The translations under genes were made by a program, and so were the position numbers. The notes under the pieces are model-generated. The model saw only the letters and a list, made by a program, of their open reading frames with translations, was not told where the DNA came from and did no database searches. 37,338 nucleotides of DNA from NCBI GenBank assembly GCA_900128395.1, contig LT649327.1, positions 1-37,338 on the forward strand, in the 5' to 3' direction. Below, piece by piece: positions 10,001 to 19,793 of this stretch; the first letter of the stretch is position 1; each line of letters opens with the position of its first letter. The stretch comes from Stramenopiles sp. TOSAG23-2. Lineage: Eukaryota.

Positions 10001-10906
10001 GAAGTTTTTTTCTTCTTTTTTCGTAGACGCTTCCGTTTCTTTTTCACTCGTTTCTTCTGTGATGTGGGCTTCTTTTTATTTACATTTTTATTTAAATCAT
10101 TCTTACTACTTCTCGTAACCTTTTTACCATTGGCATTTTTCTGTTCGTCCAATGGCTTTATTTCGTCTGATGCCATTGCTATAACTTGATCTTCCGTCAC
10201 TTTACCAGACTCAACCAAAGCAAGCAATTGGGATTCTGACATCTTGTTTTCCTGGATTAATTTTACAAGTTGAGATGTGGCAATTGTTTCTCTTTTCTTG
10301 TTTTTTCCTTCTGTAGATAATGGTTTTTGTTTCTGTATAGCTTCAACTTTCTTCTTCTTTTTTTTCACCTCCTTCTTTACTACTTTATTTTTCTTAACTA
10401 CTTTATCTTTCTTTCCTACTTTATCTTGCTTCCAATTATATGAAGTTTTCTTCTTCTTTTTTCGTAGACGCTTCCGTTTCTTTTTCACTCGTTTCTTCTG
10501 TAATGTGGGCTTCTTTTTATTTACATTTTTATTTAAATCATTCTTACTACTTCTCGTAACCTTTTTACCATTGGCATTTTTTTGTTCGTCCAATGGCTTT
10601 ATTTCGTCTGATGCCATTGCTATAACTTGATCTTCCGTCACTTTACCAGACTCAACCAAAGCAAGCAATTGGGATTCTGACATCTTGCCTTCCTGGATTA
10701 ATTTTACAAGTTGAGATGTGGCAATTGTTTCTCTTTTCTTGTTTTTTCCTTCTGTAGATAATGGTTTTTGTTTCTGTATAGCTTCAACTTTCTTCTTCTT
10801 TTTTTTCACCTCCTTCTTTACTACTTTATTTTTCTCAACTACTTTATCTTTCTTTCCTACTTTATCTTGCTTCCAATTATATGAAGTTTTCTTCTTCTTT
10901 TTTCGT
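9979..10906 (-). repeat. 441-bp (147-aa) near-identical coding tandem repeat, about 2.1 copies
   Basis: The anchor TCTTGCTTCCAATTATA occurs at 9979, 10424 and 10865 (spacing 445 and 441). The protein repeats KKKKKTSYNWKQDK...KRLRK with few substitutions. Confidence 0.95.
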
Positions 10907-12996
10907 ACTACTTTATCTGGTGATGCAGGAATCTTTCTATCTGTTGCTCTAGATAACTGTTTTTCCAACTTCAAAAACTGTTGTACCAAATCTTGTTTTT
11001 GCTCTGGTGTCCAATGTCTTTTCTTTTTTTCGTTGTCAGGATTTCTAGAATGCTTGTTACCTAGTAACATAGACTCTGCTTCTGCTTCTGATATGTAACC
11101 GTCATCAATTAGATCGACTGTATTAACAACTAATTGTTTCAAATCATCATCGGGGGCTGCTGCCGAGACTTCTTTCGTTACTATGGTTTCCTTTGTCTTC
11201 TTGTTTTTTTCTTCTTTATCTTTCTTCTCTTTATTTACTTCTTTCTGTAAAGCATTTACCGTTTCTTTTGTCATCGTTTTCTTTACATTGTTTTCCACAC
11301 TTTTCACTTTCCTCATAAAAATATAACTAAATGTTGGTCTTTTCTCGCCATCATCAAATTGTATATAATACGTATCGTCTCCATTAACTTGCCTAACAAT
11401 ACCCCTGTAAAACTTTTTCCAATGGCAACATTTACCTTCAATAATTTCACCAACTTCATATTTTTTATATTCAAATTCTGTAGCTTTATACTTGTGTTCT
11501 TTCTTATTTTTAAGATGTAATTGTAACGCTTCGTTTTCCTTCTTTTTTATAGCTTCTTTCATTTTATCGTTTAAGGTACCTTTATTTAATACTTTTTTAC
11601 AATCGTCAATTTTCAACATTATTTGATATGCCTCATCATATTCATATTCTGGTCGATAGTTACCTTCTTTTTCATTGCAGACGTTAAACGCGCGAAATAA
11701 ATCATGTGGGCAAATTAAGACTGTTTTATCCCATCCTGGATATATGCCGTTTAAATATTTTATGCGGCGCTCTTTAGGAGGTACATATGCTTCAACTCCA
11801 GATACATATGTTTTTTCCAATAACATCCCATGCTCCACATCTACTAATATGTCAAACCATTCTGGGCGAAATCCACCTCCGAAACGTTTCCCAGGCTTCA
11901 CACTGGTTAATTGCGCAATATAGTCGTAATAATCACTTGAAGCAGTTTCGCAATATGTATTTTCATCATTAAGGCATTTATAATGGATAAAAATGTCAAA
12001 AATTTTCTGCCCTTTTGCTGCACACTGATTGTGGTATCGAACATGTAGAAATCCCCAATTTAATGCTTCAAATGAAATACAATCTGGTTTGATTCCATTT
12101 TCTTTATTACCAGTCTCTTCCAACATAATGATTCGTACTTTAAAGCAAACGTTCATGTGGTTGCTACCACGACAATATTGATGATAAATAGCAAGTCCAG
12201 GTCTGCTTCTTGAAATATCTGTGTATTTACCAGGCACATCTGGAACTTGAAATATCCGCTCTGCTTCATCTAATGGAACAGTTGTATCTACATCGTCATC
12301 CCATGGAGATGCGAAGAGATTAAATCGTTCCATAGCAAGAAGGGCTCCATCACTTATTGTTTGCCGCAATTTATGATAATTCATAAAGGCAAATGCATTT
12401 TTCAATTTAACGTAATGAAATAAGTCATCGAATTCACTCAGCCAAGCTTTACAAGTTTTTGTCAATACAGATTTTAATGATATCAATGGTTTTTTCTTTT
12501 TCTTTTTCTTCGTAATAACTGCACTTGGTCCAGCTTCTTTTGATTTTTCTTGTTGGTTCTTCTTCATAATTAATTTTTTCAATTGTTCTAATAAATGCAT
12601 CATTTTTTTTGGCTTTAACTCAAAAAATCTCTCTACATCTGATACTATGTGTTTTTCTAATTCATCCCCATTCATGGATTTCTCGTCGTTTTTCCTTTTT
12701 TTTTTTGAAAAAGCATTTACTGCGAATGTCTTATCATCATTACTCTGTGTTCTCAATGCCTTGCCATTAGGACCTATTACAATATTATCCTGGTCATCGT
12801 TATTATTTATGATCCTCCTACTGCGTATTTGTTTATTATCTGTATGTTTGTCCATAGCTATTGGACTAAAATTGGATACATAGCTAGTCTTGAAGTAAAA
12901 AAAATAAAACATTTCAAATACAATGAAAAATATCCAAAATTTATAAATTTTATTGATTTTAAAACCATTATTATTATTTTTTATTTTTTTTGGCAT
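9991..12996 (-). CDS. Type II membrane LicD/fukutin-family (nucleotidyltransferase-fold) protein with Tudor-like domain and Lys-rich repeated C-terminus
   Basis: ATG at 12996 (MPKKIK). N-terminal TM segment FWIFFIVFEMFYFFYF. LicD signature DGALLAMERF...SPWDDDVD (consensus GTLLGAVRH..IPWDDDID), then FDIFIH and AYVP....KYLNGIYPGW. Tudor-like segment YEVGEIIEGK...FYRGIVRQVNGDDTYYIQFDDGE. Confidence 0.75.
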   Translation of the reverse strand: MPKKIKNNNNGFKINKIYKFWIFFIVFEMFYFFYFKTSYVSNFSPIAMDKHTDNKQIRSRRIINNNDDQDNIVIGPNGKALRTQSNDDKTFAVNAFSKKKRKNDEKSMNGDELEKHIVSDVERFFELKPKKMMHLLEQLKKLIMKKNQQEKSKEAGPSAVITKKKKKKKPLISLKSVLTKTCKAWLSEFDDLFHYVKLKNAFAFMNYHKLRQTISDGALLAMERFNLFASPWDDDVDTTVPLDEAERIFQVPDVPGKYTDISRSRPGLAIYHQYCRGSNHMNVCFKVRIIMLEETGNKENGIKPDCISFEALNWGFLHVRYHNQCAAKGQKIFDIFIHYKCLNDENTYCETASSDYYDYIAQLTSVKPGKRFGGGFRPEWFDILVDVEHGMLLEKTYVSGVEAYVPPKERRIKYLNGIYPGWDKTVLICPHDLFRAFNVCNEKEGNYRPEYEYDEAYQIMLKIDDCKKVLNKGTLNDKMKEAIKKKENEALQLHLKNKKEHKYKATEFEYKKYEVGEIIEGKCCHWKKFYRGIVRQVNGDDTYYIQFDDGEKRPTFSYIFMRKVKSVENNVKKTMTKETVNALQKEVNKEKKDKEEKNKKTKETIVTKEVSAAAPDDDLKQLVVNTVDLIDDGYISEAEAESMLLGNKHSRNPDNEKKKRHWTPEQKQDLVQQFLKLEKQLSRATDRKIPASPDKVVRKKKKKTSYNWKQDKVGKKDKVVEKNKVVKKEVKKKKKKVEAIQKQKPLSTEGKNKKRETIATSQLVKLIQEGKMSESQLLALVESGKVTEDQVIAMASDEIKPLDEQKNANGKKVTRSSKNDLNKNVNKKKPTLQKKRVKKKRKRLRKKKKKTSYNWKQDKVGKKDKVVKKNKVVKKEVKKKKKKVEAIQKQKPLSTEGKNKKRETIATSQLVKLIQENKMSESQLLALVESGKVTEDQVIAMASDEIKPLDEQKNANGKKVTRSSKNDLNKNVNKKKPTSQKKRVKKKRKRLRKKKKKTSYI

Positions 12997-13330
12997 TTTT
13001 TCGACTATATTATAATTATTATTACTAATATTATACAACAATCGTCAGTGGAATATAATATATAACCAAGACAACGTTTTTTACTTTAATTTAATCAAAT
13101 AATGCACCATACAATGTATCTGTATATAATAAGACGATAAAAGAGGGGAGAAATGTATGAAAACCTCCCGAAAACATTCGATGTGAGATGACCTCTTATT
13201 ATCTCATCTCTACAAACATATTAATATTAATCAATTTTAATATACATGCATTTGTAAATAAAAAAATGATGATGTTTTTTCGCACGTTCCTCCAGAGCTC
13301 CTACTCAGGAAACCCCGCTATGCTATTCGC

Positions 13331-13368
13331 ATATACAGTATGGCAGCGACAGCTGCCATACTGTATAT
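13331..13368. other. Perfect 17-bp hairpin with 4-nt loop
   Basis: ATATACAGTATGGCAGC-GACA-GCTGCCATACTGTATAT, lying between direct repeats TACTCAGGAAA (13302-13312 and 13368-13378). Confidence 0.9.
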
Positions 13369-13523
13369 ACTCAGGAAATGAATGGCACTATGCTTGACCA
13401 TTTTTTTTTTCAGATCGAAAAAATATCGACATCTAAATTCCAAAAATGTCATCACTGATTTTAGTAAAATTTAGAGTGAAAAATATCATTGCAAAACTGA
13501 TGATATTACTATTTAAATGACGA

Positions 13524-13705
13524 AAACGACAAATAACTTGAAAAATTAAATTATTTAATCTGATAATATCCGAAAATACGCATCTTGTAAAAAAAAAAAA
13601 CAATCAAGCATAGTAAACGACAAATAACTTGAAAAATTAAATTATTTAATCTGATAATATCCGAAAATATGCATCTCGTAAAAAAAAAAAAAGGTCAAGC
13701 AAAGT
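13524..13705. repeat. 91-bp imperfect tandem duplication inside the TIR element
   Basis: AAACGACAAATAACTTGAAAAATTAAATT...TCAAGCA(T/A)AGT starts at 13524 and 13615, with a few substitutions. Confidence 0.9.
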
Positions 13706-14392
13706 GCCATTCGTTTATCAGGTACAGAGCTCCTCCTCCTCCTCCAAAAGTGCCAAAATTGCACAACAATAATTTAAATAATGTCCAATTTAAATTATTT
13801 ATAGAAACTATTTGCAAGTAGCATTTACATTAACACAGCACTATATATACTAGTATATACAGATCAAATGTGGTTTTAGTATACAAATAGTACAGGTGGC
13901 CACCACACACAAATTTATTTAAAAAAAATCGTCGTCGATCCAAAAATTAATTTATAAATTTTCAAATCTCTTTCTGGACAAACTTTTTTACTTTTTGGCG
14001 GGCAATGATGTGATAATGGTATGAACCTGTTATTTAATAAATTCCTTTCCAATTTCGACACTCTTTTTGATTGGAATTGTTGTTGTTGGTAATAATATAT
14101 ATATCATATACAAGATAGATTATAGAAGAGATAGAATAGTAAGAAGAGATAATCAATTGAATATATATATAGAACGATATTATATATAATACAAGACTTG
14201 TAGAAATATTACTAAACCGAAATATTATTTTAACATATAAATAACTTTTTTTGAAACAAAGAACAAAAACTTTATATATATATATATATAAATATATTTC
14301 AATTTGGATTATTAATTTTTCATAAAACCAATTTTGTTATCAAATATAGTTTTAGATAGACAAAAACATTTTCAAATATTTAACAAAATAAC

Positions 14393-17300
14393 ATGGATTT
14401 TTTTCTCAAGAAAAAAAGTACAACTGTAAACAAGAATGTTTCGCCAAGTATAACAACATCGATGTTTGGTGGGAAAGGCACAGGTACTAGTGTAACGAAT
14501 GGAGATAAAATTGTGAACACTGCTAAGAAAGCTGCATCAACTATTGTTGATACTACAACACCAAAAACAACGTTGAAAAATAATAAACAAATAACAACAC
14601 CTGTGCGCAATAATGCCAATAAAAACAAGAAACGAAAATCCAGAAGCAGTGAAAAGAAGAAAAAGCCTAAAAATACAAAACAAGCGGCATTTATGGCTAA
14701 TTTTTTTGGCGCAAAGAAGAAGAAAAAGAAACTCGTAGTTGAAACAAGTGACGGCAAAAATGATACGTTGGATAAAGCATCAGCTTCAGTTGTTACAAAA
14801 CCTGCAACTACAAAAATAAGTAGTAATAATAATGTAATATCAACTACAAGTTCGTCATCCTTGTCGTTAAATAATAAGAAGCGCCCTGTATCTGAATTGA
14901 GGTCTTCACCTAGTGCAAGTTCACCAGAAAATACCAACCGAGCAACTGGTTCTGCCAGTAAAAGTAGTAGTAGTAGTAAAAAAAAGAAAACTCTCAACAT
15001 GTTTTTCATGGCAAAAAAACAGAAAAAATTAACAATGGATAATAGTAATAATGTAGCTGTAACCACAACAAGTGATACGAAAATGGATGTTGATGTAAAC
15101 AGCCCTGCTAAAGAAGCTAGAAATATTCAATTAGCAACATCTACTAAAACTCTTGAGGAAGGGAAGCAATGCGAAGAAGAAGAATCAGATGAAGATAGTG
15201 AGGATAGTTCCAGTGATGAATCTGGACTGGAAGACGATGAAATTGAATTGGTCGACATTGATCCTAAGCAATTGGAATTGCAAGCTCAACAAAAGTTAAA
15301 AGAAGCAGAAGCAATGAAAGCAAAGGCTAGAGCAAAAGCAGAAGCAGAAGCAGCGAGGATACGAGAAGCTGCTGCCAAGGTGCTAAAAGAGCAAGAAGAA
15401 AGAGAATACCAAGAAAACTTGATCATTATTAAAGAGACTATGGATAGAATGTTGAATATTACTACGCTTGACGTTTTAAGAGAAAGGTGTACCAATAATG
15501 GAGATGATATGAACATTAAGGATGTGGTATATTGCTATGATATGACTGGTGTTCGACTTGATAGTGTTATTGCGCCATGCGGTCTTTTGTATAAAGCCGA
15601 CGTATTGAAAATTGGTATGAGAAAGTTTGGTGGTAAAAAATCAAAAAAAGAACGAGAAAAAGCATATACTATTCATTTTCATGGCTTTAGTAAAAAATGG
15701 GATACACAAGTACCCCAATCACGATTGTTAAATGTAAATGCTGCGAGCGATGAGGTATGTGAGGCGAGTGAAATAATATATGACATCGAACGTAAAAAGT
15801 GGGATGAGGAAGAAGCAAAACTCGTGGAAGAAGAAGAACGATTAGCTGCTGAAGCAAAAGCAAGGGAGCCACCAAAAGCTGAGGTGTTGCATCAAGCTGC
15901 AGTGCAGCGATTAGCAACTACAACGTTGCCAATCGTGTTAGATGCATGTTTAAATGGCGGGACAGCTACTGTCTTGAACTTAGGCGAGTTGAAGCCAGGG
16001 CACTTATACAACTCTCAGAAACAACTTTTTCCAGTTGGATATCAAAGTGAATTTTTATATACTTCATACAAAGACGCTACAGCTACAGTCACGTATCTAC
16101 AAACATTGAAACAAGGCTTAAGTGGGTCGAAGCGCCCCATCTTTGAAATTAAATTATTAGGTGAAGGTGCAACGGAAGATGACGTCTTTCAAGGGAACAA
16201 TGCAAATTCTGCTTGGAAAAATATAAATAATAGGCTCCGAGTACAGACAAAAACGCAAGGCATTTCATATAAAAAAGTTAATGGTACGGAGGCATTTGGG
16301 TTTAGCAACAAACAAATCGTAGCACTTTTAGAAGGGCTGCCTAATGTAATGGACGCTAACGGCTACGTTTTTCAAGATCGAAGAATTTTTGAAGGGATTG
16401 AAGAGGAGAAAAGTTCTACTAAAGGAAACGCAAAAACAACTAGTAAAAACTCAAATCGACAAAAGGTTCCTGCGAAAAAGCCATTGCCAGATTTATCACC
16501 AAAGGAAAAGAAAAGAATCCATAATAATTTAGTTGAATATTCTACAAAATACAAAGAATTATTAACAAAATGCGCAACATTTCAAAGCGATGCAAAACGT
16601 TGGAGAAAGCAACGCATGTTAAGAAAATTCGGTACGCAATTTAAAAAAGGTGAAAATGAACATTTTGGAAAAATGAATGAATTTCTTGTTAGTGATGAAA
16701 ATTTACAAATAGCTATTGTGAAATTTATCCAAGGCAGTCGCGCTACATTATCGCAATTAATTAAAAATATATTAAAAACATTGAAGCAAAAGCGGAGTAA
16801 AGTAGATGAGCAATCTTTAGCCACATTCATAACTACCCAGGCCAAACGTGTTCATATCGCTGTAAAGCCAAGTGAAGATTGCAGTACAAAGGAAGAAGAA
16901 AACGAGAATATGGAACGTGAACCATTTTGGGTTTGGATGGTAAAAAAGCCAGAATTTATATTTAAAAATGTTAAAAATGTTTATAAACCTGAGAAACAAC
17001 AATTTCGAGATTTAAAACCAAAAATGGATTCGTTTAGCAAATACGTCACACAATATAAAAAATGCATTGCTATCTTAAAAGATGAATATGTTACTATACA
17101 GAAATGTTTAAATTGCGAGGAAAGTATTAAATCAGCTGGAATGACATATGAAACTGACACATTGAAATACAAACAACGATATGATAAAGCATGTGAAAGT
17201 AATAAAGCTGAGCTAGAAGCTATGAAGGAAAAAGAATTGCGCCGTATTGAAAGAGAGAAAATGTGGAAGGAAAAACGACTTGCAAGAGAACAGGAAAAAA

Positions 17301-19408
17301 TTGAACGACGTCGTCAAGTGGAAATCAGAGCTGCTGAGCGTGCTGCGCTGAAAGCGGAGAAAGAAAGACAAATTTTACTCGCAAAGCAATTGAAGCAGCA
17401 AGAGTTGGAAAAACGTAAATTGACTAGCTTCGGGTTGACGATCAAACGATCAAATAGTCTAAGTGGTCAAACAGGATCAGCAAATACAAATGGTATGTCC
17501 AGTAAAAAATTAATGAAATCTATTTTAATACCACTGGTACAGGAATTAGTAGAAAAGGCATATGGGAACACACTGGTGCAAGACTTAGACAATTTACTTC
17601 AACTTAATTCAGATGGAACATCGAATTTTGATAACAATGCATTATTTCAAGAATTTAAAGATCGTTGTGTTGCTAGTAAAAAAATAAAGTCCCAAATACA
17701 AAAAGGTCAAACATCCAACCGCAAACAATTGTTGCAATTTAGTGAAAATCAACGTCCTGCATTTTGGGGAAATTATTATTTTACTACCAAAAATAATGAC
17801 GAGGAGGAACTTTTGAAAGAAAATGAGGAAAATACTATTGTTTCGTATAACCATGGCACCACTATTAGTAAACTTGCACCATTGACGCAAGATCCAAATG
17901 TAATTGCTTCCTACGAGTTGGATAGTGATGAAGAGTGGGAAGATGGCGCTCCAGCTGAAGAGTTAGGTTCAGATATTGAAGATGATGAAGAAGATGATAA
18001 AGACGGGAATAAAGAAGGAGAAAACGAAAATGATTTGGACTTTGCTGATGGTTGGTTATTAGGAGATGATGAAGTCATATACGAGGGAGAAAATCCAAAT
18101 AACCTAGGTGGTAAAAATATGATGTCTGGCGATTACGAATCAGATAGTGACTCTGATGCCTTCAGTGATGATGAGAACGCCTTAAAAGCGAGACGAGTAC
18201 CTAGTACTTACTTTTTGTGGTTAAACAATAACCGGGAAAAGATAAAAGCTGAAGCAATGAAAAAAGAAGATTTCCAACAATCAAAAGTAGCCGTCTTGGT
18301 ATCTAAATGTGCTGGTGAGTTGTGGAAAGCGTTGACGGACGAAGACAAAAAGCCTTACATATCGATGCGTGAAAAATTACTTGAAGAGTCCAAAGCAGAA
18401 TTTGAAGCGTTGAAATTAGCGAATAAAGACAAACCAAAAGAACGAAGGAAGAAGAAAAAGCATAAATTTGCTAATAATTCAGAGATAGGGCATGAATTAG
18501 TAGTTGGTGTACTATACGATTTAAATGAAGATGACAAAAGCGGGAATGTGCAAGCAGGAACATCTCAATTGTTACAATACAATGTGATGCCTTTAACGTC
18601 GTTGCCTATAAAAATTAACATGACGTCTGCGGATGAAAAGAATGATGATGCTAGCAGTGGTAAAAATGCATTAGGCTTCAAGAGATTGTCGATGAAAGAA
18701 TATAGAAAGAAACAAGCAATCCAAAGGGAGGCGAAACGTGTTAAAATGGAAGCAGAAAAAGCAGAAAAACGCAAAAAGCGAGAGATGGAAAAACAATTAA
18801 GGCAATTAAAATTGGAGAAAATCGAACAAGAAAAGTTGGAAAGAATGAAACAGCGTGAAAAGGAGAAGCAAGATCGATTGGCGAAACTGGAACAAGAGAA
18901 ACTAGAAAAAGCGAAAAAACGTGAAAAAGTAAAACAATTAAAACTTGAAAAGCTTGAGCAAGAAAAACAACTAAAAATAAACAGGGAAGCAGAGCGTGAA
19001 AGATTAAGATTGGAGAAAAAAAGAATTGCCGACCTGAAATTAAAAGAAAAACTTGAAAAACAAAAAGAAAAGGAGATCAAAGCAGTTCATTTAGAACCGT
19101 TCTATTCGTCAATCCATAATAAAGTTAAAAAGGCGGTAGCTTTGGATGCATTTTACGCTCGTTTCCCTATGGTTGGTAAGAAACAGACAGAAAAATTATT
19201 GAAACTTATATGTGTTCGTGAAAGTCGTGATTTTGATCGTATCAAATGGTATGTAAAAGATGAATTTAGAACATTAATCTTAAAGGATCCAGATGAATGC
19301 ATGAAAAAAATCAATGAAATGAGCAACAATAGTAACAAAGGTAAACGAAAATTGAGTGGCGATGTTAGTAACAACGAGAACACGCCAAACAAAAAGAAAA
19401 AGGAATGA
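14393..19408 (+). CDS. CHAF1A: Chromatin assembly factor 1 large subunit (p150/Cac1/FAS1-like) with extra chromo-barrel, FYRN/FYRC and HMG-box domains
   Basis: CAF1A motifs KQLLQFSENQRPAFWG, P...D....YELDSDEEWE..., an acidic tract and DGWL..DDE. KER coiled coil. C-terminal WHD-like F..RFP.VGKKQTEK.LK.I..RE.....KWYVKDE. Plant FAS1-like IQGSRATLSQLI...FWVW. Also YTIHFHGFSKKWDTQVPQSRLL (chromo barrel), VLNLG..LFPVGY...PIFEI...SAW...NGTEAFGF.....LLEGLP (FYR) and PSTYFLW....REKIK...GELWKALTDEDKKPY (HMG). Confidence 0.85.
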   Translation: MDFFLKKKSTTVNKNVSPSITTSMFGGKGTGTSVTNGDKIVNTAKKAASTIVDTTTPKTTLKNNKQITTPVRNNANKNKKRKSRSSEKKKKPKNTKQAAFMANFFGAKKKKKKLVVETSDGKNDTLDKASASVVTKPATTKISSNNNVISTTSSSSLSLNNKKRPVSELRSSPSASSPENTNRATGSASKSSSSSKKKKTLNMFFMAKKQKKLTMDNSNNVAVTTTSDTKMDVDVNSPAKEARNIQLATSTKTLEEGKQCEEEESDEDSEDSSSDESGLEDDEIELVDIDPKQLELQAQQKLKEAEAMKAKARAKAEAEAARIREAAAKVLKEQEEREYQENLIIIKETMDRMLNITTLDVLRERCTNNGDDMNIKDVVYCYDMTGVRLDSVIAPCGLLYKADVLKIGMRKFGGKKSKKEREKAYTIHFHGFSKKWDTQVPQSRLLNVNAASDEVCEASEIIYDIERKKWDEEEAKLVEEEERLAAEAKAREPPKAEVLHQAAVQRLATTTLPIVLDACLNGGTATVLNLGELKPGHLYNSQKQLFPVGYQSEFLYTSYKDATATVTYLQTLKQGLSGSKRPIFEIKLLGEGATEDDVFQGNNANSAWKNINNRLRVQTKTQGISYKKVNGTEAFGFSNKQIVALLEGLPNVMDANGYVFQDRRIFEGIEEEKSSTKGNAKTTSKNSNRQKVPAKKPLPDLSPKEKKRIHNNLVEYSTKYKELLTKCATFQSDAKRWRKQRMLRKFGTQFKKGENEHFGKMNEFLVSDENLQIAIVKFIQGSRATLSQLIKNILKTLKQKRSKVDEQSLATFITTQAKRVHIAVKPSEDCSTKEEENENMEREPFWVWMVKKPEFIFKNVKNVYKPEKQQFRDLKPKMDSFSKYVTQYKKCIAILKDEYVTIQKCLNCEESIKSAGMTYETDTLKYKQRYDKACESNKAELEAMKEKELRRIEREKMWKEKRLAREQEKIERRRQVEIRAAERAALKAEKERQILLAKQLKQQELEKRKLTSFGLTIKRSNSLSGQTGSANTNGMSSKKLMKSILIPLVQELVEKAYGNTLVQDLDNLLQLNSDGTSNFDNNALFQEFKDRCVASKKIKSQIQKGQTSNRKQLLQFSENQRPAFWGNYYFTTKNNDEEELLKENEENTIVSYNHGTTISKLAPLTQDPNVIASYELDSDEEWEDGAPAEELGSDIEDDEEDDKDGNKEGENENDLDFADGWLLGDDEVIYEGENPNNLGGKNMMSGDYESDSDSDAFSDDENALKARRVPSTYFLWLNNNREKIKAEAMKKEDFQQSKVAVLVSKCAGELWKALTDEDKKPYISMREKLLEESKAEFEALKLANKDKPKERRKKKKHKFANNSEIGHELVVGVLYDLNEDDKSGNVQAGTSQLLQYNVMPLTSLPIKINMTSADEKNDDASSGKNALGFKRLSMKEYRKKQAIQREAKRVKMEAEKAEKRKKREMEKQLRQLKLEKIEQEKLERMKQREKEKQDRLAKLEQEKLEKAKKREKVKQLKLEKLEQEKQLKINREAERERLRLEKKRIADLKLKEKLEKQKEKEIKAVHLEPFYSSIHNKVKKAVALDAFYARFPMVGKKQTEKLLKLICVRESRDFDRIKWYVKDEFRTLILKDPDECMKKINEMSNNSNKGKRKLSGDVSNNENTPNKKKKE

Positions 19409-19793
19409 GATTTTATTATATTAATAGATAGTAAAACACCGAACAATGTAAATTGAACTTAAGTGCTTATAAGCATATTATATATATTCTAATTTATACA
19501 CGTATAATAATAATATAAATTATAAATAATATTTTATATTTTTTGTATTTATTTTTTCCATAGTAACTTATAGCGTTGTTAGAGTACCGAAGTACCTGGT
19601 AGCCCGTATTTATAAATAATAAATTAGAATGTTTGGTTTTTTATTCGATGAACTTCTTTACACACCTCTCCATTGAAAATATAGATAGATATACTGAAAG
19701 TACGACTCGTACTAAAAAACAGAAACTGAAGAATTCAAACTTGCTTTAAAACATTAATAATAACATACTTTATAAAATATTATTAGAAAAAAA

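Larger units (their letters stand above)
13295..13732. mobile_element. Non-autonomous TIR element (MITE-like)
   Basis: GAATGGCACTATGCTTGACC(A)T10 at 13380-13410 is inverted relative to A12GGTCAAGCAAAGTGCCATTC at 13681-13712 (1 mismatch in 20). Weaker inverted similarity continues to GAGCTC at both ends. The interior is non-coding, and a second inverted copy lies at the window end. Confidence 0.75.

Noticed and set aside
13524-13705. CRISPR-like repeats
   Set aside because: Only two adjacent long copies with no spacers or cas genes, in a eukaryotic context.
14380-15066. 228-aa hydrophobic antisense ORF (likewise 10277-11098, 18565-19080, 27998-28567, 29765-30358, 34150-34668)
   Set aside because: These are shadows of Lys/Glu/Asn-rich sense genes, giving F/S/L-rich translations.
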